In this document: one piece after another, positions 23,902-27,632 of the stretch | How positions within the stretch are numbered: the first letter of the stretch is position 1 | Layout: each line of letters opens with the position of its first letter | Assembly: GCA_000165425.1 (NCBI GenBank) | Contig: CT868492.1 | Span: forward strand, 186,001 to 213,632 | Length of the DNA: 27,632 bases | DNA from: Paramecium tetraurelia | Taxonomy: Eukaryota | Direction of reading: 5' to 3' | Position numbers and translations under genes: made by a program | The notes under the pieces: generated by a model | What the model saw: only the letters and a program-made list of their open reading frames with translations | Told to the model about the DNA's origin: nothing | Database searches by the model: none

Positions 23902-26900
23902 TCAGAGTGCCTCTATAAAAATATTTGTAGTAGTTTTATTCTGTTGTTCTTTTAATCTCGTTTATTTTCTAGAATTTAGATATTTTTTCAATTTACAATA
24001 AAATTCAAAACCTGTTTAAACTAAAGGACCTATTAAACTAAGAATTAATAATCCAATTTAGGCAAACCCTATGTAAATTTATGAATTTATAGAAAAATAA
24101 CTTTGAAAATCCTCACAATAAGGAATATTCATTAATATACATAGAATTATAGGAATTTCAAGTGATAAAGTTGTCAAAATTTCAATTTTCTAAGTTTTCA
24201 ATTTAAACCCCAATATCAAGACAACGTATGAAGAAATAAATAATGGAATTAAAATGCATTAAGTAATCGGATAGTATTACATCCATGTTAATAGAAAATG
24301 GAAAGAGAATTTTTTAAACAAAATTAACTTTTCAAGTTAGGCTGCTTTAATTAAAGTTACCCTTGTTTTACTCATATTTTTTCGAATATCAAATAGGAAT
24401 ATTTTAATCATAATTCCTAAATAGCTAATACAAATTAATAGAGAGGCTTTTTATCTATTTTAGGATTAAGTATTTGAAATCAAAAATAAAAACACCTTGA
24501 ATATTAAGTCCCAGCTATTAGCATAAAAGAATTGAATAAAAGTATTAATATTGACAACTTTTGAAATTTCTAAGTATTTTCTTTTGTATTTATAAAGATA
24601 TTTGAAAATACTTTGAATTAATTTGCATTGCCACTTTTAAACATAAGTGGCAACCTGAACTATAGGAATGTGTTTTGAAATTAATTTTTCATAAATACAA
24701 AGAATCAAAAGAAAAATCATTCCGCAAATCAGTTAAAATAACAAACTATCAATATTTGTTAGGAGATCAGCATTTAATTCGTACTCCTTAAACTTGCCTA
24801 TGCTTTGTTAAAAGTTTTCTTAAACTATGTTTTGATAAAACTCAATAAAATTCAATTAGTTTAGGAGAGGTTACAAAGTAATGAAATTTGAAGACTCAAA
24901 ATAAATATACACATTATAAGGATAATCTACATTTAGATATTTTAGATACTGTTAATATTGAAGAATATCTAATAATGCAACTGTTTGTGCAAATTCTCCT
25001 AAAAGTAGCATTATTACACTACTACAACTCAAGCTTATCATCATGCTGTAGCCTACTTTTCTAAACGTCTATGAAAAAGTTGATTAAGAAGCAGTCAAGA
25101 TCTTTGGCACTTTAAGTTAAATAGAAACATTTGATGAAGTTACAGCAATATCATTCTCATCCAATACAGTATCATTTATAAATACGTTAAAGTTGAGTTA
25201 GTTTAATATCTGCTAAAAAAGGATTATTTGAAATTCATATAAGATAGATCTGTGTTCGTCTTAAGCAATAGGAATTTTGGGTAAGCATGTTATTTAGTAT
25301 TAATCTTCTTGCAATCCTAAAAGTTTTAAGGAATATTAATTTAGAAAATTATTAGGATCGGAATTTAAGTTTAGTCTAACTTTTTTAGAATAGGATAGTT
25401 GAACAAACTGATTTTATCTAGTGACATTCAAATATTCTAGGTTGACTTCAGTTAGTTAATAACAAGTGTTAGATTGTGAATCTTTACTTAAACAAGTCCA
25501 GTTATTTTCTACTGTACAATTTTTGGAACAACCATCATTACTCAAAATGTTGCCATCATCGCATTCTTCGTAGATTTCTCTAATGCCATTACCACATGCG
25601 AACACTTAACAAACTCCACTTAATAATTAAAAATTCTATTTGCATTTCACACATTGCCCTTTAATGCAATCTTAACATCCATCACTACACTATGAAACAT
25701 TAATTTCTTCTTTTACACACATGCCATCAACATACAATTCATCAAATGAACAAATGTCGGTGCATAAGCCAAAGTAACATCGCTTACACCCAGAATAGCA
25801 TTCTAATTAACAATTATAACAACCATCATCCTAAATTTCATTACCATCATCACATTCTTCCAAACCAGGTTCTATATATTTATCACCGCAAATAGGTTAA
25901 CAAAGTTATGATACTAATTCAAAGTGCTCTTCACAAACTTAACATTTATTGTTGTAATTGCATATTTTACAATTAGAACATTCAGCTTTGCATTCAAAAC
26001 ATCCATCTCCAGATTCTTAATTATTATCATCACATTGTTCAGTTGGAACAGTTATTCCATCTCCACAAATTGGTAAACATTGGTTCTCAATTAAATACCA
26101 TCCCTCTTTACAATACAAGCATTCCTAATTAATACAATACAAGCATTCTAACTGGCAACTTGATTCACATTAAAAACAGCCATCAAATTAAATATTATTG
26201 CCATCATCACATGTCTCAAAATCCAATTTATAATTATCTTTACATTTAGTTTCACAATACTATTTATTGTGTGCCAACTAATAGCCATCTTGACATTCAA
26301 GACATTTATTCCATAATTATTTTTTACAATATGAAATTTATCTAACAATGCACTAATTATACTAATATCCCATCATTCCATAATCTGAAATTTCACATTC
26401 TAAAAATTCATAGCGGAACTCTTTTTAATTAGCATTATTCAATAATGTATGTTATAACGACATCTTTGAGTTATATTCATAATAATATCCATTCATTACA
26501 AAATTTTCAATTTGAAAAAAACATCCAGAGAATAATTGATCAGAGTAGTTTAAAATTTAATCACATACATATAGACATTGTCCATTCATTAACTTCCATG
26601 GGAGTTCGCATTTTATGCATTTTCCTCTTACACATTATTAACAAAACTGTGGACAAGAGAACTTGCAATTCTAACAACCATCATAAGGAGTTAAATTTTC
26701 ATCATCACATTCTTCATTATTTACTATCAATCCATCACCACAAATTGGTTGACATCTCTAATCTTACTGTATATATTCCCAACCTTCATTGCAGTGTAAG
26801 CATAAACTTCTAACACAAAAAGAACATCCTTCAAAAAGTTCAGAAAAACTCATCAAACAACCTTCAAAAGGCAATTCTAGAGAGACAATTTATTTTATCA

Positions 26901-27632
26901 CGGTTTTAATAAACAATTAAGATTCTTTTATTCCAATAAGAGGCATAATTGAACCTGCATCATATCTAACCATCACAACTTCAATACGAAATGTAATTGT
27001 AGGGTTTGTGTGATCCAAATCATTTATTACCACTTCTAATATCTGATTTTGAAAACAGAAAAATGCTGCATTAGATAGTCTAACTGAGAGCGATTAAGTA
27101 GCAGATACAATTTGATTATCTACCTTAATTGTTAGTGTTGGATTATCTGCATTAGCAATATGAGATTTCATTGCTGAATTTATTGTATTATGAGGATCTA
27201 AGGTGAGGTGAATTTCCATAAAATTGCCGGTTGTATATTAGTATGAATACCCTGACATATAAGTATCATATACATACCTCCACAAGAAGCTGTTAGTGTC
27301 GATTCTACAGTTGTCCAAGTAATTGAGATAGGAACTTATTTTTGATCTAAACATAAACTAGAGCTACATGAATCACATCCAGAAGGACATTCATCAATTG
27401 CTAATGCGATATTTGATATTCCCCAACGATCTCCATCACCTTTAAGAATTACCATTAAACTAGGAGTGTTGTGTTAGAAAGTGAATGAGATATCTTTGAC
27501 TTCGTCATAAGTAGCTGCTTTACAAATATCAGTTGCAGTATCTGTGTCAGAGAATGAATTTTAATATTTAATTTTCTGGTCAACATATGTGGTAAATGAT
27601 TTACTGCTCCAAACATCGATTCTTTTCCATAT
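23902..27632 (-). CDS. Cysteine-rich surface/membrane protein with CGDG-ECDDGN-DGC repeats and a C-terminal multi-TM domain (5' end outside window)
   Basis: One frame runs from 27251 to TGA 23902, with an intron at 27252-27277. There are about five Myxococcus-type cysteine-rich (DUF4215-like) repeats and CxxC motifs. The TM region starts near [21 protein letters not shown] and the protein ends NIFIEAL*. Confidence 0.9.
26109..26148. repeat. Short direct repeat TACAATACAAGCATTC x2 (24-nt period)
   Basis: Exact 16-nt copies at 26109-26124 and 26133-26148 encode ECLYC twice in the cysteine-rich gene. Confidence 0.8.

Noticed and set aside
700..26813. Supplied ORFs such as 700-903+, 1324-1524+, 1930-2148+, 2631-2834-, 3677-3892+, 7829-8029-, 11273-11741-, 12875-13171-, 18647-18898-, 18792-19004+, 26148-26348- and 26445-26813+ as genes
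   Set aside because: They are antisense or off-frame shadows of real ciliate-code genes.
23902..27632. Cysteine-rich gene as a pseudogene
   Set aside because: Re-reading showed one continuous frame with a single intron in the segments checked.
1..27632. Prokaryotic systems (CRISPR, operons, defence islands), tRNA or rRNA genes
   Set aside because: The sequence is intron-containing ciliate DNA, and no repeat-spacer array, cloverleaf or rRNA motif was seen.

Overview
This is AT-rich, gene-dense eukaryotic DNA from a ciliate, most likely a Paramecium (aurelia-type) macronuclear chromosome. Coding frames read through only if TAA/TAG = Gln and TGA is the sole stop, and genes carry tiny 20-34 nt GT..AG introns, so the supplied standard-code ORF track is mostly fragments or antisense shadows. 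Manual translation gives about 13 protein genes: mitochondrial acyl carrier protein, mitoribosomal bL35m, an intronless ~1904-aa coiled-coil protein (possibly CCDC162-like), an RRM/RS (SR-like) protein, a small hypothetical, a 2-TM protein, an Aurora-like kinase, a disordered protein with SILK+RVxF PP1 motifs, an importin-alpha-like protein, a TPR/coiled-coil protein, eIF2B-delta, an H-type lectin protein, and a 5'-truncated cysteine-rich multi-TM surface protein. Two decayed pseudogenes and unexplained GC-richer islands at 6.9-7.3 kb are also present. I see no clearly new system. The best leads are the intron architecture of the SR-like gene and the candidate ncRNA/small ORF just upstream of it. 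Family assignments come from motif recognition, not database searches.
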